From positions 33,420,001-33,484,000 of the forward strand of contig CM119372.1 in NCBI GenBank assembly GCA_051294905.1: a stretch of 64,000 bases of DNA, read 5' to 3'. Under the pieces are notes generated by a model, which was not told where the DNA came from, made no database searches, and was given only the letters and a program-made list of their open reading frames with translations. This document shows positions 13,744 through 27,087 of the stretch, piece after piece. Origin of the DNA: Botryllus schlosseri (Eukaryota). Made by a program: the position numbers and the translations under genes. Every line of letters starts with the position of its first letter. The stretch's first letter is position 1.

Positions 13744-14595
13744 TGATTTCTAGAGATTCCTGGTTTCTCTGTAATGTGCAAATAAGATTGTATTTACTCC
13801 AACCATTATACAGCAATCACAAAGATAAACTGACTTTGTCGCACGCAGATGTCATCGGTTGTTCTTTTCATTCCAAGACTCTATCCTCTTCGTTGGCTTT
13901 GAGTTTCAGCTCTCAGCTTCGGTTGACAATATACAAACCAGGAACATGTTCGGGCTCTATTACTGATACAGGTATATTGAGTATAGAGCCCCACATACAT
14001 TGAGAAGGCATATCCGCAACACCCCATAGCTTAAAGTTGAAGCCAACTTCTCCGCATCTCACGAATAAGCCTCTCCCACATCGTTTTCCACAAGTCCACG
14101 ACACCAAAATACTACTCAGGTCGAAGCATATTACAACTGTAACACCCCACAGACATGGTTTCGTAACTATCAACACTTACGGAGAATCGCGTTCATACTG
14201 GCCATGATTTCCCGGGAATTTACCGAAAAAGCGACTTGTCTGAACAAAAGTTCGCGGTAACTCTAAATAGGTGTGAACACGACCTGTTCTCGGAAATGTT
14301 ACCGTAATTTCTGCTCTATATGAACATCGTCTGTTTCGGCGCATGTTCCCGAAAGAGTTTCGTAAATCCGGTATGAAAAGGGCCTATGTTATATCTGATC
14401 CATGGTAACTGTTCAATAATCGCTTTGTATGTGTGCTTCTGCTGTAGGCTATATTTAATCTCGGTCATCACATATAATTATGATTTTTCGCTGTCCATTT
14501 CGAAGTACACTGTCTCGGTACTACACCATGTAATCGCTTCGCATTACTACAGCCATCGGCGTTAAATTGTTGAAATTAAACAATAAAGAGTGTAT

Positions 14596-16898
14596 CAGTG
14601 ATGAGCACCGGAGCGGAGTCGGAGTGGAGTCGGAGCGGAGTTTTGCCAATTTTGTGATACCCGGAGTGGAGTCGGAGTTTACAACAGATATTTTTCCGGA
14701 GTTTTACGGAGTATTGTTAGTTTTGCCCCCGATATCTTTCGATAGCTTTGACCAGAAGACACTATTGATTACAAACCAAAACACAGACAGTTGACACCTT
14801 GTAAAGTTGTAATATGACCGGTAACATGCAAAAATGATTGACAAGTGCATAAAAATCAGCCATCTGCACTGCAATTGGGGACTGGAGAGTAACCTAGTGA
14901 TCTAGCAAGGCACTTCCGCTGAGCAGTGTCTGTAGTTCACAAACTTGAAGACACCCAATATCGTTCGCAGCGCATCATTTTTCCCTGCAATGAGATGCAG
15001 TCTTTGAATCCACTGCTGAATGTCACCATATTATGAGATAAGATCTCCAGAATCTTCCACGTTGTTGTCATTGCAGTCTTCTATAGTCACATCATATTCC
15101 TCCTTGCGTATTTGTTTCGTGACTAATTTTCATGCTACCCCAGTAATTGTGCGAAACATTTACAATCAGCAACATACAGCGGGGCTTCCCTATGGTACAG
15201 CCTTTGGCTACCCTGATTCTTCCAGCAAGTTGATGATCATAACGGAATATATCCCATTATCCTGATGACATTCAAGATAGTAATAGGTCCATTTTGTGAA
15301 AATGTATTCCCAACAAGATAATATCCGACACCACTTTTGTGATAACTTTTCGCAACTTTCATCGTACTTGCAATTTGCAGTGAGAGATATCGATAATAAG
15401 TGTTACATCAATATTACCTTTATATCTGTGACAAATATACATACAACAAGCAAGTATCTGGATGGAAACAATAATAACTTATGCAATGTGTTACATGATT
15501 TAATGACATTGCGACGAATTTTCGCTAGTAAGATCCGCTCACAGAGGCATACCAGCATCTAAACCCGCTTTAAAGATTTCAACAATACATAAATCACTAA
15601 GGTAAGCTGATCTTACCCTATAAAAACAGAATATTCCGAATTTCTGAACAGCCACACTAAATAACTAAACAAACAACCGTCTGCTTTGCTCTGCTCGCAT
15701 CAACTCAACTACCCTTCCTTCAATATTGATTGACGTAGTCAGTCATCCAGAACTCTTCTGAATTTTCGTCATGTAATGTTTGGTTTGATTGAGAAATGAC
15801 TTTGATGTGATATGAAAAATCAGCACCGCAATCAAGTTTCTGCTGCTGGTCTGTCTCAGACTCCAAATTCCAGATATCATGTATCAGCTTCAAAATTGGA
15901 AGTCACTAGTCATTTAGTCAACTTAAAGGAGCGTCGATCGGTGCGTCAGTGATGCATCATGTATGTTTAGTGCAGTGCAGTTCCATCAACTGTTTCATGG
16001 CGATGCGGAACTTAATTTACTGAAACCTGTGATGTGATCGTCGATTTCAGTGGTGTTAGTGGTAGTTAGTTCGAACTGACTGGTCTTCCTTCGTCGTTTT
16101 AATATAATGGCTGAAGCACCGTCGACGTCAAGTGGGTTACTCACTAAGACGCAGAAAAAGAGTGACGTGTGGAAGGATTTAACTCTGATGCTGCATGATA
16201 ATAACGGCCAGTATACTGGGTTTGCGAGATGTCAAAATTGCAATGTTAAGCTAAAGCATCACAAGTTGACAAGTGGTACGTCGCATCTTCGAAGACATAT
16301 CGAAGCTTGTAAGAAGAATTGATCGCAGTTGAAATGCAAGTAAGCGAGTAATCAAAGGAGAAGGTGATCATGGGGAACACTGATCGCCGGGTGGAGATTC
16401 TGGAGAATACCGAAGAAGTGCCGGTTTGCCGTGGTGTTGTGCAGAAGACGTTTTGCCATCCAGATTTACGGTGAAACATAAGTTCGATGAGGAGGCTTCA
16501 TCTTTAAAGCAGAAGCTGTCAGAGGAACTAAGAGTTGCTATCAAGTGTTACGGGCTGGCTGGCATCACCACAGATATGTGGACCGATCTAAAGGGTCGCA
16601 GTTCTATTAGCTTGACTGTCCATTTTGTTGGAGAGAACATGACTCTCAGAAGTAATGTTGCGACTGTTCGGCAATCCACGGATACTAAAAAAACTGGTAT
16701 GAATATCAGACAGGCTATCGAAAACATCGATTGGGATTCTTCGACAATGGTCTGAATATATTTCGGGGACTGGACAAGATTCTTCGGGTTATCTCGGAGT
16801 CTGGGATTGAGATCCCCGGAGTCGGAGGGACTTTGCCTCAGAGACCAAAGTTGTCGGAGGGACTCGGAGTCTCGAAAAGCAGACTCCGCTCATCACTG
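14596..16898 (+). mobile_element. Internally deleted hAT (Ac/Hermes-like) transposon
   Basis: TIR CAGTGATGAGC / GCTCATCACTG; TSD GAGTGTAT at 14588-14595 and 16899-16906; GGAGTC subterminal repeats; transposase remnant inside. Confidence 0.92.
16107..16755 (+). pseudogene. hAT transposase N-terminal remnant (BED zinc finger plus first catalytic Asp region)
   Basis: KSDVWKDL...ARCQNCNVKL...GTSHLRRHIEAC is a BED finger. LPSRFTV...ITTDMWTD...ISLTVHFV is the hAT catalytic-domain start. Broken by a stop, a frameshift and a 3' deletion. Confidence 0.88.
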
Positions 16899-17128
16899 GA
16901 GTGTATACCAGTCTGGGTGTATTGAATATCACAGGTCGAATTCGTCACCATCACATCCATTATACGGCAATATGTTACTTCCGCGTTTTCATTCCCATAG
17001 ATATCATTACGCGCAGTCCCCATGCGTCGTATATATCTTCATATATTTCATAGTATGTGGGAAAGCGGGTGGCGCAGTGGGCTAATCATCGTCGTCACGA
17101 CGCCGAAGGTTTGTGTGTATGCGTGTGA

Positions 17129-17145
17129 AAGAGAAAGAGAGAGAT

Positions 17146-17178
<33 letters not shown>

Positions 17179-17192
17179 GAGAGAGAGAGAGA
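17129..17192. repeat. (GA)n microsatellite
   Basis: Imperfect GA dinucleotide run. Confidence 0.95.
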
Positions 17193-19280
17193 CGGAGCAA
17201 TGGAACCCTTTCGAGTACGAAGAACCAAATGAGAATGAGAAAGAAAATATTGCACAGCATGTAGGCCTAATTCCACAGCGTACTACTGCCTTACTCGCCA
17301 CCGATAGTCCCATGGATGAAGAGAACGAACAACACCCAGCATGTGACCATACTATACGTCACAGTAGTAGTGAGGCTAAGGAACTTTGGTACGCACAAAT
17401 CAGAGAAAGCCACGTCATCCTAATTGCCACGCCCATTTTCATGCCGGCCACGCCCATTTTCAATAATGTTTTGTGAATTTCAATACCGATTTTTTAGATA
17501 TTCTAATGTTTTGTGAATTTCCATACCGATTTTCCATGTGTATTTAGCAATATGTATTGAGTAACTTGCTTTCGAAAAATAAATATAATTCAGATTATAC
17601 ATAAGTTTCGAAAACTATGATATCTATGCAAGGCTATGTTCGCCAGATAATATTATTATGTGTATTTGGACTTTATATTTTCACGGATAACATCAGCTCT
17701 CAGATAACACATTTTTGTGAATGTGAATTTGAATTCAATTGATTTAAGTGCGTATTTTGCGCAGTTTTATGGCGACATATTAAAATTCTACATATATTTC
17801 GCGCAATCAATTTATGTGTATCTAAGACTATATATGATACACAAGACCTCTGTAAATATTGAGAAATGGCATCATCACTAATTAATTAATGTTCATTTAT
17901 TTCGAAAAAAGAGCATAATATATCAGTAATAGCGTTAACGTCACAAACGCATCCAGCACGACCAGACGGCGTGAAACAACGCTTTCGCTCGATTCTTGTA
18001 GTCACCACATTTCATACGATTCAGTCCTTTTCATGTCACTAGAATAAGGGTAATTAAACCGACAGTGAAACGCTGCCGGCGTCTTATAACGTAATAATGT
18101 AAGCTGTGTCGGGTGCTGCCATAATGTTAGGAGCGAATATAGTAGAAATTCCACGTCTGGACACCTGTTGCTCTGCGATAATTTTGATCACTATGTTTTG
18201 ATAATGACTTGCATCCGAGAAATAAATAACATTCATTATACGTTAGATGATACTTTTCCTTGATATTCTATCATGTGTATTTAGGACAAATGCGACATCA
18301 CTATGTTTACGACAGGTCTGATTTGAACACACTAATTTTGCGTATTACACCACAAACTGCGCAAGCCTTCAAAGTTGATAAGTAAACAAGTATTTGTACT
18401 CCATCAGAATACTAAAGTAGCTTTTCGCGTATATGTACCTAATGCTAAAGTGTTTATGATTTCAGATTGCTTCAACTTCATAACATTTTCAGTATTAAAC
18501 AGAAATATAAACCTAGAATACTAACTTTTATTCGTAAATAGCTACTTCTACCTTAATTTAATGGATTTATCTGAGATCATTGCTTTACTTAATCTCTCCA
18601 AAATGTGCATTATACAAGTACGTCAGCATCGAAATCCTCTGGCTATAACTATCTGGCAGTATAATTGCAGCAAATACTCGGGTACTAATTTTAAAGTAGC
18701 TTAGGTATCTAAATGAGCTCTGAGTCGCTGTTACTACTCCCTACTTCACAAAATATAAAGTTATAAAAGTAAGCAGATTTGTATGAAAACCCGTTAAATA
18801 GAAGTAAAAGTAGCCTAGAAACATAACTACTTACTGAAACATCGTTACGTAGAAGTGGGGTTAGTCTACGAACATAACCACTTACTTACTTTGAAATCTC
18901 TACTTGTACTTGTATTCGAGCGGAATTGCGACCGATGCATTAATGACTTTAATACTCTGTATTTTAAATTATCATCGCAAAGTTCACGAATTTCCATGTT
19001 GATCAAATACCACAAACTTTACTTGCTTTCAGAGTTAGTAACTAAGCGCATAACAGAATTTACCCAAAATAAATCGGTACTCCGAAAGTTTTGTAAAGTA
19101 GAGCTTTTTGGTGTTGGACTCAAGTTCCAATAAACAAGTGTTCACGTAGGTTCGAGGTCTTAATGGGTCTTTTAAAGTAGATAGAAACGAAAAAACTAAC
19201 CGAAAAAATTTATGAAGTTTGGATGCGCCATATGTAGGTTTTAAAAAAAATATTCATACCCCCGATTCGAAATATTGTTT

Positions 19281-19910
19281 ACTTGGTACGTAGTTGCAGG
19301 ACATTGTGATTATTCAGCATACCAAATTTCCTCACACATTTCATGATGGAACAACTTTAAAACTAACGCGGCTCAACATCGACTTTTTGCGTACATCTGT
19401 TTCGCGGGAGCGTATAGCACGTACCTATACATGGTCAACTTTAATAACGGAATTACCATGCTTAACATTGAATCCCAACTCGAAACTTGATACGTAGTTG
19501 TAGGACATTATGGCAATGCACCATGCTAAATTTCATCACACATCTAATGATGGAACACCTTTAAAACCAACGCAGTCGTATACCGACTTTTACGCATATC
19601 TGTTTTGCATGAACATAGCATATACCCATACATAGTCAATTTTAATAACAGAATTAGCATGCCAAACATTAAATTCTCACCTTGAAGGTTGGTACACAGT
19701 TGTAGGACACAATAACAATGCACTATACCAAATTTGATCACGCATTTCATGATGTAACACCTTTAAAACTAACGCACTTCTCTACAGACTTTTGCGTAAA
19801 TCTGTTTTTCGGTACCGTACCACGTAGGCTACCTATATATAGTAAGCTTTAATAACGGAATTACCATGCTAATAGTCAAATCCCCACCCTGAAACTTGGT
19901 ACGCACCGCG
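19281..19910. repeat. Diverged tandem repeat, ~205-bp unit, about 3 copies
   Basis: Unit starts resembling ACTTGGTACGTAGTTG(C/T)AGGAC recur at ~19281, 19485, 19687 and (partial) 19894. Shared internal motifs include AAATTT..CAC and TTTAATAAC.GAATTA.CATGC. Confidence 0.8.
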
Positions 19911-20017
19911 AAAACGCATTGTACGATATAGATGAAACTTATGCAAATCCTAGGATCCTCATTTTCAAAGTAGCTTAGATCTCGAAATAAGATCTGACTC
20001 GCTATTCTCCTCAAAGC

Positions 20018-20446
20018 ATGGAATTATCACGAGTATCACCTTCGATCACTGAAGAAAAGGATGAAATTATATCCGAAGCATATTCCTTGACCAGGAATTT
20101 TATCATGTACGAACTCGACGGCTCATGCGTTAAGGTAAACACGAAAGCAGAGAGAACCTTACGTCGAGTTGGGGATGAAATGTTCGAGCGACATCGAACT
20201 GTCCTAAACGCAGTCTCCAAACGTCTCCGCTATGGTGATGTCGAAGTCAATGAAAAATATAAAGAATATTTACCCGATGAGCGAATGTTCCTGATGATAG
20301 CTGATGAAATTTGCAAAGATACAAAAGAAAATTGGGGTAGGATTGTCTCCCTTTTTGTGGTCGGTAGCATTCTTGCTCGCAAGAACGAGGATGAACATCA
20401 CGGGGAGCATATAGAAGCTATCATACAGACAGTCAGTGATCAGTGA
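20018..20446 (+). pseudogene. Bcl-2 family (MCL1-like) ORF truncated before BH2/TM
   Basis: BH4-like AYSLTRNFIMYEL, BH3 ERTLRRVGDEM (compare MCL1 ETLRRVGDGV) and BH1 ENWGRIVSLFVVGSILA. The stop codon falls at the edge of a MITE fragment. Confidence 0.85.
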
Positions 20447-20722
20447 ATGACTGGTTGCTCTCACAATTGTTACCGGCATATCGCGAATAATCCGAACATA
20501 TGTACACTGTACAGTGATTTAATCAACACCATTGGTTATTGATGACTTGAAATTTACTCGTAGATTTTGCTCCGAGTCACGAGTCAATCCACAATTCTGA
20601 AGCGCCGAGTCAAGTCAAGTCAAGTCATTTTTGCAAAGTGACTCGAGTCAAGTCAAGTCATACGAAAAAGTTGACTCGAGTCTGACTCGAGTCGAGTCAT
20701 GACTCGAGTCATCCCAACACTG
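20436..20722. mobile_element. 3' fragment of the CAGTGTTGGGAT/GACTCGAGTC MITE family
   Basis: Aligns by eye with ~53528-53744 and the right end of 54339-55310; ends in ATCCCAACACTG. Confidence 0.85.
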
Positions 20723-21191
20723 CAAGAAGCCGGACGCGTCACCATTACACTATCTCGCTCGGAGGCGCGGATGACACGACCACGTGTTTCAAGAAATGCA
20801 GTTGCAGAATTCGCTTTGAAATAATAGAAGTAAACCCAATTTCTACACGAATAGTATGATCTTATTTTCAGGAAAAGTCATTTTGTTGCTGTTTATAACT
20901 TGCACAAGACAGATGACGATTTCACGATAATCGAGCTAAATTTGAACTAAAACTTCGTGGGGGTCCGCGGGGGTCCGTGACGGTCCGAAAGGGGTCCGCG
21001 AAGACAAAAAGGTTGGGAGTCCCTGGTGTAAAAGGAAGGCTGTTACATGGTTTCACCGACTTTTGCCACGTAGTTGCCCATGTCAATTTCAAATTACAAG
21101 ACAAGTGTCTGTGGACAACCTAGATTTATTACTGTTAGCCAAAATATAGGTCTCTCGAGATTATATACACAAGATGACACATGAGCTATAC

Positions 21192-22221
21192 CAGGGGCGG
21201 GCAACATACGGCCCGCGGACAGTTTCCCGTCTTACATGATTATGTGGCCTGCGACTCCAGTCTGCCGAGATTCCCCACTATATACTTGCGCAAACGTCTG
21301 ATTTTAGTGACTGTACGTTATTGCAGTAGTGGTGTTCATAAATGACTTTTTTCTCAAATTGTATTGGCTACTTGATAAAATCGTGAGGTTACCTAATCTA
21401 GGCCTACACACCAAATTTGGTTCAGTTACAACCATTTAGCCGCATTACTACAGAAGAAGAACGTATCTATTTATTATATAAAAATTATTAGAAAAAATTT
21501 TCAAAATTTTATGTTCACCCCATGAAAGTGTTAGGTTGTCTATACATACGATGTTCCGCAAATTTGACCCAATTCCAACAAGTGGAAGCGGAGTTATTGC
21601 CGTCGAGAAATTTGGGTTCGAATAAAATAGTATTTACGGTGGGCACAATTATGATAAATAATTGAAGAATTGGCCACCGTAAATACTCTTTTATTCAATT
21701 CCAAAAGCTAACAATTTTATCAAATAGATATAGGACAATTTGAGAAAAAAAAGTCATTTTTGTGAACACCCCTATGGCCCTATATTACATACGTGTGTGC
21801 GTAGCGTGCGAGAGCAGAGCTTACGCGTAAGTTAGTTGTAGTGAGAAGGCTTGCATTATCGGCATTTATCATGCACTCAACCCTAATGAATTGATATATG
21901 GGTAAATTTGGGGTACTTGGCTCATCGAACGACTGGAAATCTTAATTATGGACTGCACCGTGTGTTAATTGATCAGAGAGAAGCAGACATGGCGGAGGTT
22001 GTGTGACAATGCTGTTCTCAAATCCACATTGTTTTCGACATTATCGGCGAGAAATGGCTTTGAAATGACGTTAATGTCGTTAAAATACATTCATTTAATA
22101 CGATTTATTCCTTGTATATGTGGAATATTAAGCGAATAATGTATCGATTCAGCAATCCGGCCCTCCAAGTACTTAATTTTCCTATATCCGGCCCGCCGAC
22201 TGCAGAAGTTACCCGCCCCTG
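21192..22221. mobile_element. hAT (Buster/Charlie-type) MITE with a nested insertion (~21330-21773)
   Basis: TIR CAGGGGCGGGCAAC / GTTACCCGCCCCTG; TSD AGCTATAC at 21184-21191 and 22222-22229; paralogous to 50231-51129. Confidence 0.9.
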
Positions 22222-25200
22222 AGCTATACTGTACGGTATTTCCTCGGTCATTTTGCCAAATAAAAGATTTCCAAATGTAATGATTGCATAAAACAACGAA
22301 GGCAAAATTATCAAACCGATACAGGATATATGGCAAAGACATATTCGTGCAGCGACTGTTTTATCAATTCTGATACACGCTGGAGTTGTGACGGTGTTGG
22401 AAAACACTAGAGAATCGAACAAACTCGTCCTCATTCTACTGAGATGTATACGAATGTAGTGACATGTTCTACCAGCTATCACAGTTGTCACAATAAATTC
22501 ACAACACTTGTCACTAGGTGAAACGGTTGAGAATTCATAATGTCTGCGGCCCGATATAGAGGTTAGTATTTAATCATGTTTACATAAAAATAATCTCACA
22601 CAAATTTTCCTACGAAATTCTGTCATAGATTATCTCCCTATGCGACATCATGATGTCTAAATTAGACAAAGATGCCTGCACTAAAACACATGCTATATTT
22701 ATAACGATAGACATAATGTAAGGTAACAACCGACAGCCTCTTTTCTCTCAGTAGGACATGTATCGTCATAAGACTATAAATTTCAACCTAGGTGTGAATT
22801 AAATAACGCAATAGAGTTTCGACTTATGAATAGCTGGCAAACGAATTATTCCTCGGGCTATTCTGATTTTCTTCGGGTAGTTGAATTGACGATACGCCAG
22901 TCAATAATGTTGCTTCATCTACGGTACGAAAATCTGCTTATTTCGATCAGAAATTGGAGATAGATAGAACCAAATGTATGAATGCTCTGTGAATGGCGTC
23001 TAGCCATCGGAAGAAAAAACGGGGGGGGGGGTGCTAACTAAAATAGAGTTCATGGTGAAGTCATGAGAAAGTCTCATCAATCGCGTCCAGGAGTAGACGT
23101 GAAGAGCGAATTTTATACCATAATCGCGATTTGCCGAGTGGGTAGTTCATGCTAAGTTATGATGTTGACGGAACAGCGGAGAATATGCGGAGACACATGG
23201 AAAATCCTAATTCCGAAAATATATGCATGTACTAGCAAGGTTTATTGTTGAATTATAGCTTACCCTTGTTGTTACTTGCGAACTAAGTACCAATTGGTTA
23301 TCAGCATCTGAAATCAAATAAGATGTTTGATGCGTGAGACGTCTGTATTTATTTCTCATCAGATCAGTACTCTAATCTGATGGCTGTTGAAATGTCATGG
23401 ATAACCAGAAAGGAGAAAGTATAGCAATAATTCTTACGATTGTATACGATTAGACGCATGCGACTGAAGATACGCACCGTCACGGAAACACCTCGAGACA
23501 TAGTTGAAGTTACATAGTTGAAAAAAATATTGATAGCCTGCTGACATGTATGTTCAACATTGAGAAAAACGAAAACGATTTATTAGGCTATTGGGTTAAT
23601 TAGGGAGGGTCAAGTCGGTCAAGGTCAGCACTTCCCAAACTTTTTTCACAAAACTAAAGCAAAATTGGATGAATGCGGAATATACGACGAATGCGCAGTG
23701 TATGCGAGCGAAGTGACCACATCTTCATGTATTAGTTATTTTGCACAATTGAAGTTATTTATTTATGCATCCTTACACTATCTGCGCCGTCAATCACCGA
23801 TTTGCGCCCCCATTGATGTCACTTACGACTCCAGGGAGCCCTGGTACTCACTTTGGAATTCATTTTTCTAGTTGGTAAATATTGTGGATAGCTCGAAAAC
23901 TACCGACCGTGGGCAGAGAGCAATGTCATAATCGGATTCTGCGGTCACACTTTACCTGTGAATCGAGCTTATTGAGAAGAATTGGATTTATTATCTGTTT
24001 AGTATAGCAAATAGAGTCATAAAAACGTGACAAAGAGTTGGAACGACAGGTGTGTGTATGTGGACAAGATTGAAACCCACTCTTGTAATATATTAAATAT
24101 GGAGTGTATTTTCAACGATATGGCGCAACCCATCCCTACATTCTTGCTGTTCCGAATTATTTTTGAGAACTCCAAGTCATATGCCCGGTGAAATGATTCC
24201 AATGAACTGGTCCCCACATTTTTTCTAACTCTATTTTCTAACTATATTATACACGATTGTTCATATCAAATGACTAGAGCCACTCATCAGAAAATTGAGG
24301 TCCAACTAGCATCACTGCCACCACGAAAGTACTAATTGAGATGGCAATCCCCGACATATCCTACAGTAGTATACGGAGTATATTTGAAAAATACTATTGA
24401 GGAAAGGAAATGATCTGCAACGCCAACGAAAATAGGGCCATAAGTGAATCACCAACTCGTGACTCCATTTAACATGAATAAACAAAAAGCGGAGTAGTCG
24501 TGTTGGGAAGATAGTCAGTTACATTTGACTGTATTGGGATTATAAAAACCTATAAGTCTGCAGTATTAAGGACTCTTTTTGCTCTACGGGCCGGTGTCAA
24601 AAACGAAATATTTTCGCAGACCTCACAAAACGGTTATGTTTCGCATTGTAAACTTAATAATGCGCGTACATTCTAAGAACTTTAGTCATTGCTAGGTGCT
24701 ATGTCTACAATGCGGTCACGAGTATGTTATAACGAAACAGGATATATTGTTACTTAACTTGAAAATAAATACGCGACTTCGGCATGCAAGCTTTTGAATA
24801 CCAAAATGCTCAAAGCGGAATATGTTATGTAATGATAGGGTTACCATTTGTCCTCTTTTTTGACTTTTTTGAAAGTGTCCTCGGAGGACGCCCTTTTGTC
24901 CTCTTTTTTGAGATTTTGTCCTCTTTTTTGAAAATTTAGGTCAGATTTAGAGCAAATTGCGAGTGATATGCCGTAAATTAGCACAGAAGTGACGCTCCGA
25001 CGGGTATTTCGGAGTGAAAAACGGTGATTTTAGCTCTGAGCGAAAAGATGACCTTTTTTTTAGTCATCCACCTAGCAATGTGGAGAGAAAAATGGTAGTT
25101 TGAGCTCTGAGCGGAAAGATGACCTTTTTCTTTTTTTTAGTCAACCGATCACAAAGTGAGCAAAATCCACCGTAAGCCTATGTAATGATACAATTTGCAA

Positions 25201-26144
25201 TTTGTCATATCGCTAAATTCAGTGTGTAACAATTGTCCGCTTTACTAATGTATTGCTATCGCAGACCAGTAAGGTATCTATTTACTGATTGACCTGTTTT
25301 TATTATTCACGCAATCAAGCATATCAATTTCAATTAACCAGAGAGATATCTACAAACCAACAGCTAAGATGAGTAAACGTTTCATTACTGCATGACTGTG
25401 TTCATAATTACGATAAGTAAATTACGCTTGTATTCACAAAATAGGGGAAATGCTCAGCGTACATCTAAATAGGAATGAGCAATAGTGCTAAGAAATATTT
25501 ATTATGGCTCTTTTGGATTCGAAGAAAGCAGGTATCTTTTCCTGCCTAAGCCACTGCTAGTAAGAAGCATGTATTGAATAAAGTGATTAATAACTTTTCA
25601 TCAGTGATCTCAACCACAATACTTATGAACCTTATACTTGTCCTTCAAAAGTATAGAAACTGGTCACAGAATAGTGACAAACACCTCGCGGACTGACTCT
25701 GGCCCGCGGTTGCCTACCTCCCTACTAAGTGCAATCCAATCTATCAGAATACTAGGAAGACACGAACGGCAAGGTCTGCGGGTACCGCCATTACCGTGCG
25801 CCCGGTCGACTTCCACACCAGACGCAAGCAAGTGATTTTGAAGAGACATCGCACAAAGACATGTTGCATATGAGAGAATTGTTAAATTCGAAACGTTGCT
25901 CATTGTACACGGTTAGTCTACATCAGTGGTTCCCAAAGTGTGCGCCAGCGCCCGCCTGGGGGCGTTCGCGAGCGTGGAGGGGGCGCTGGCCATGAAATGG
26001 GCGATTGGGGGGGGGGGGGCGCTGGCTAGAAAATTGGGCGGCAGGGGGGTGCTGAGAGCAAATGCAGGCGGTATAGGTTTAGAAGTCAACTGCTGCGTAT
26101 ATAGTGTTGAAACGATTGATTAATAAAGAGGCTGGATTCGCAGT

Positions 26145-26860
26145 ACCAGAAACATCCATCGTTACTCAACAATGGGAACTCATGAACTATACGCCCTCTT
26201 TTCCCGTGCATATGAAACACGTCATCAATCATGTTTCCCCATGATCATATAATTCACACTCACCATTTCTTCAGTCACTGAATCCTTTTTCTCTTCTTTA
26301 TTCTCTCGTTTTTTCACACGAGTAATATTAATGCTGACTCAGCATTATTTCTAGTTACGAGGTTTCAGTTTTGTCCGACTTCTCCCATTGTAGCACATAT
26401 TTACAATCTGCCAAAAACAGCTTTACATCTTTAGTATGACTGTGGGTGGTATAGGACCTTCGCATAACACCACTTCTTGTATGTTTGATTGCAGCAGTAC
26501 AAGTCCCTCGTTCCTTATATCTGCTGCCTTCATGCAAACTACCGTATTTCGTTTTTTGCTTTTCTTCGTTATCGTTTTGCTCCAATGAATGAATCTCCTA
26601 TTCATTCGTTCAATGCCTGTAGACATTATCTGTCGTGCATTGTTTTAATCGCCATGTGGTACAATATCTCGTAGCCTTTATATTTACAGTGCGGAGGGGG
26701 CAACCCTTTTGTATGTCCATGGGCAGCCGTCAAACCACAGTTCTAGACTATTACTCTATCGCACCTTTTCATGACGTTCTTGATTTCTTCAATTCTCATT
26801 TGCACCCCCATTTTCTTTTTTATGACGCCGCAAAATTTCTTCCCAGGGATGGTATTCATC
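26145..26860 (-). pseudogene. Possible integrase remnant (Zn-binding region and start of core)
   Basis: Broken frames give WEEILRRH...MRIEEIKNVMKRC, HSHTKDVKLFLADC, and WGNMIDDVFHM...VTMDV. These loosely resemble integrase HHCC and PW..v.iD...vD motifs. Confidence 0.35.
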
Positions 26861-27087
26861 TACTGAGTCATTACAAAGATAATGGCGACAATGAGACTCT
26901 TGAGTTCCGTCTTAACGCTTGGACTGGTCCCTTGTTGTGGTAACTTGGCCAACCATTGGCCAATGTGAATCTCGTGATGAACGGGGTTTTGCTGTTGGTG
27001 GAGAGAGGGCGAGGTTCTTCGTTGTCAGCGGGGATTCCCTACCTATTCAATCTAACCTCTGATCTCGGCGTGTGCCCACGCCTACCG

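Larger units (their letters stand above)
10355..14384 (-). mobile_element. PIF/Harbinger DNA transposon, decayed, with nested MITEs
   Basis: 17-bp perfect TIR GGCCCTTTTCATACCGG at both ends; 3-bp TSD TAT (10352-10354, 14385-14387); Harbinger transposase fragments inside. Confidence 0.9.

Noticed and set aside
17048..17313. LSLSLS ORFs
   Set aside because: These are translations of the (GA)n microsatellite.
24000..24400. Possible LINE endonuclease remnant on the minus strand
   Set aside because: Too many stops and frameshifts, and no intact GDFN or SDH motif.
25226..25680. Possible plus-strand LTR (TGTAAC start, AATAAA, TGGTCACAGAA)
   Set aside because: No clear CA terminus, no recognisable tRNA match, no second copy and no downstream gag.
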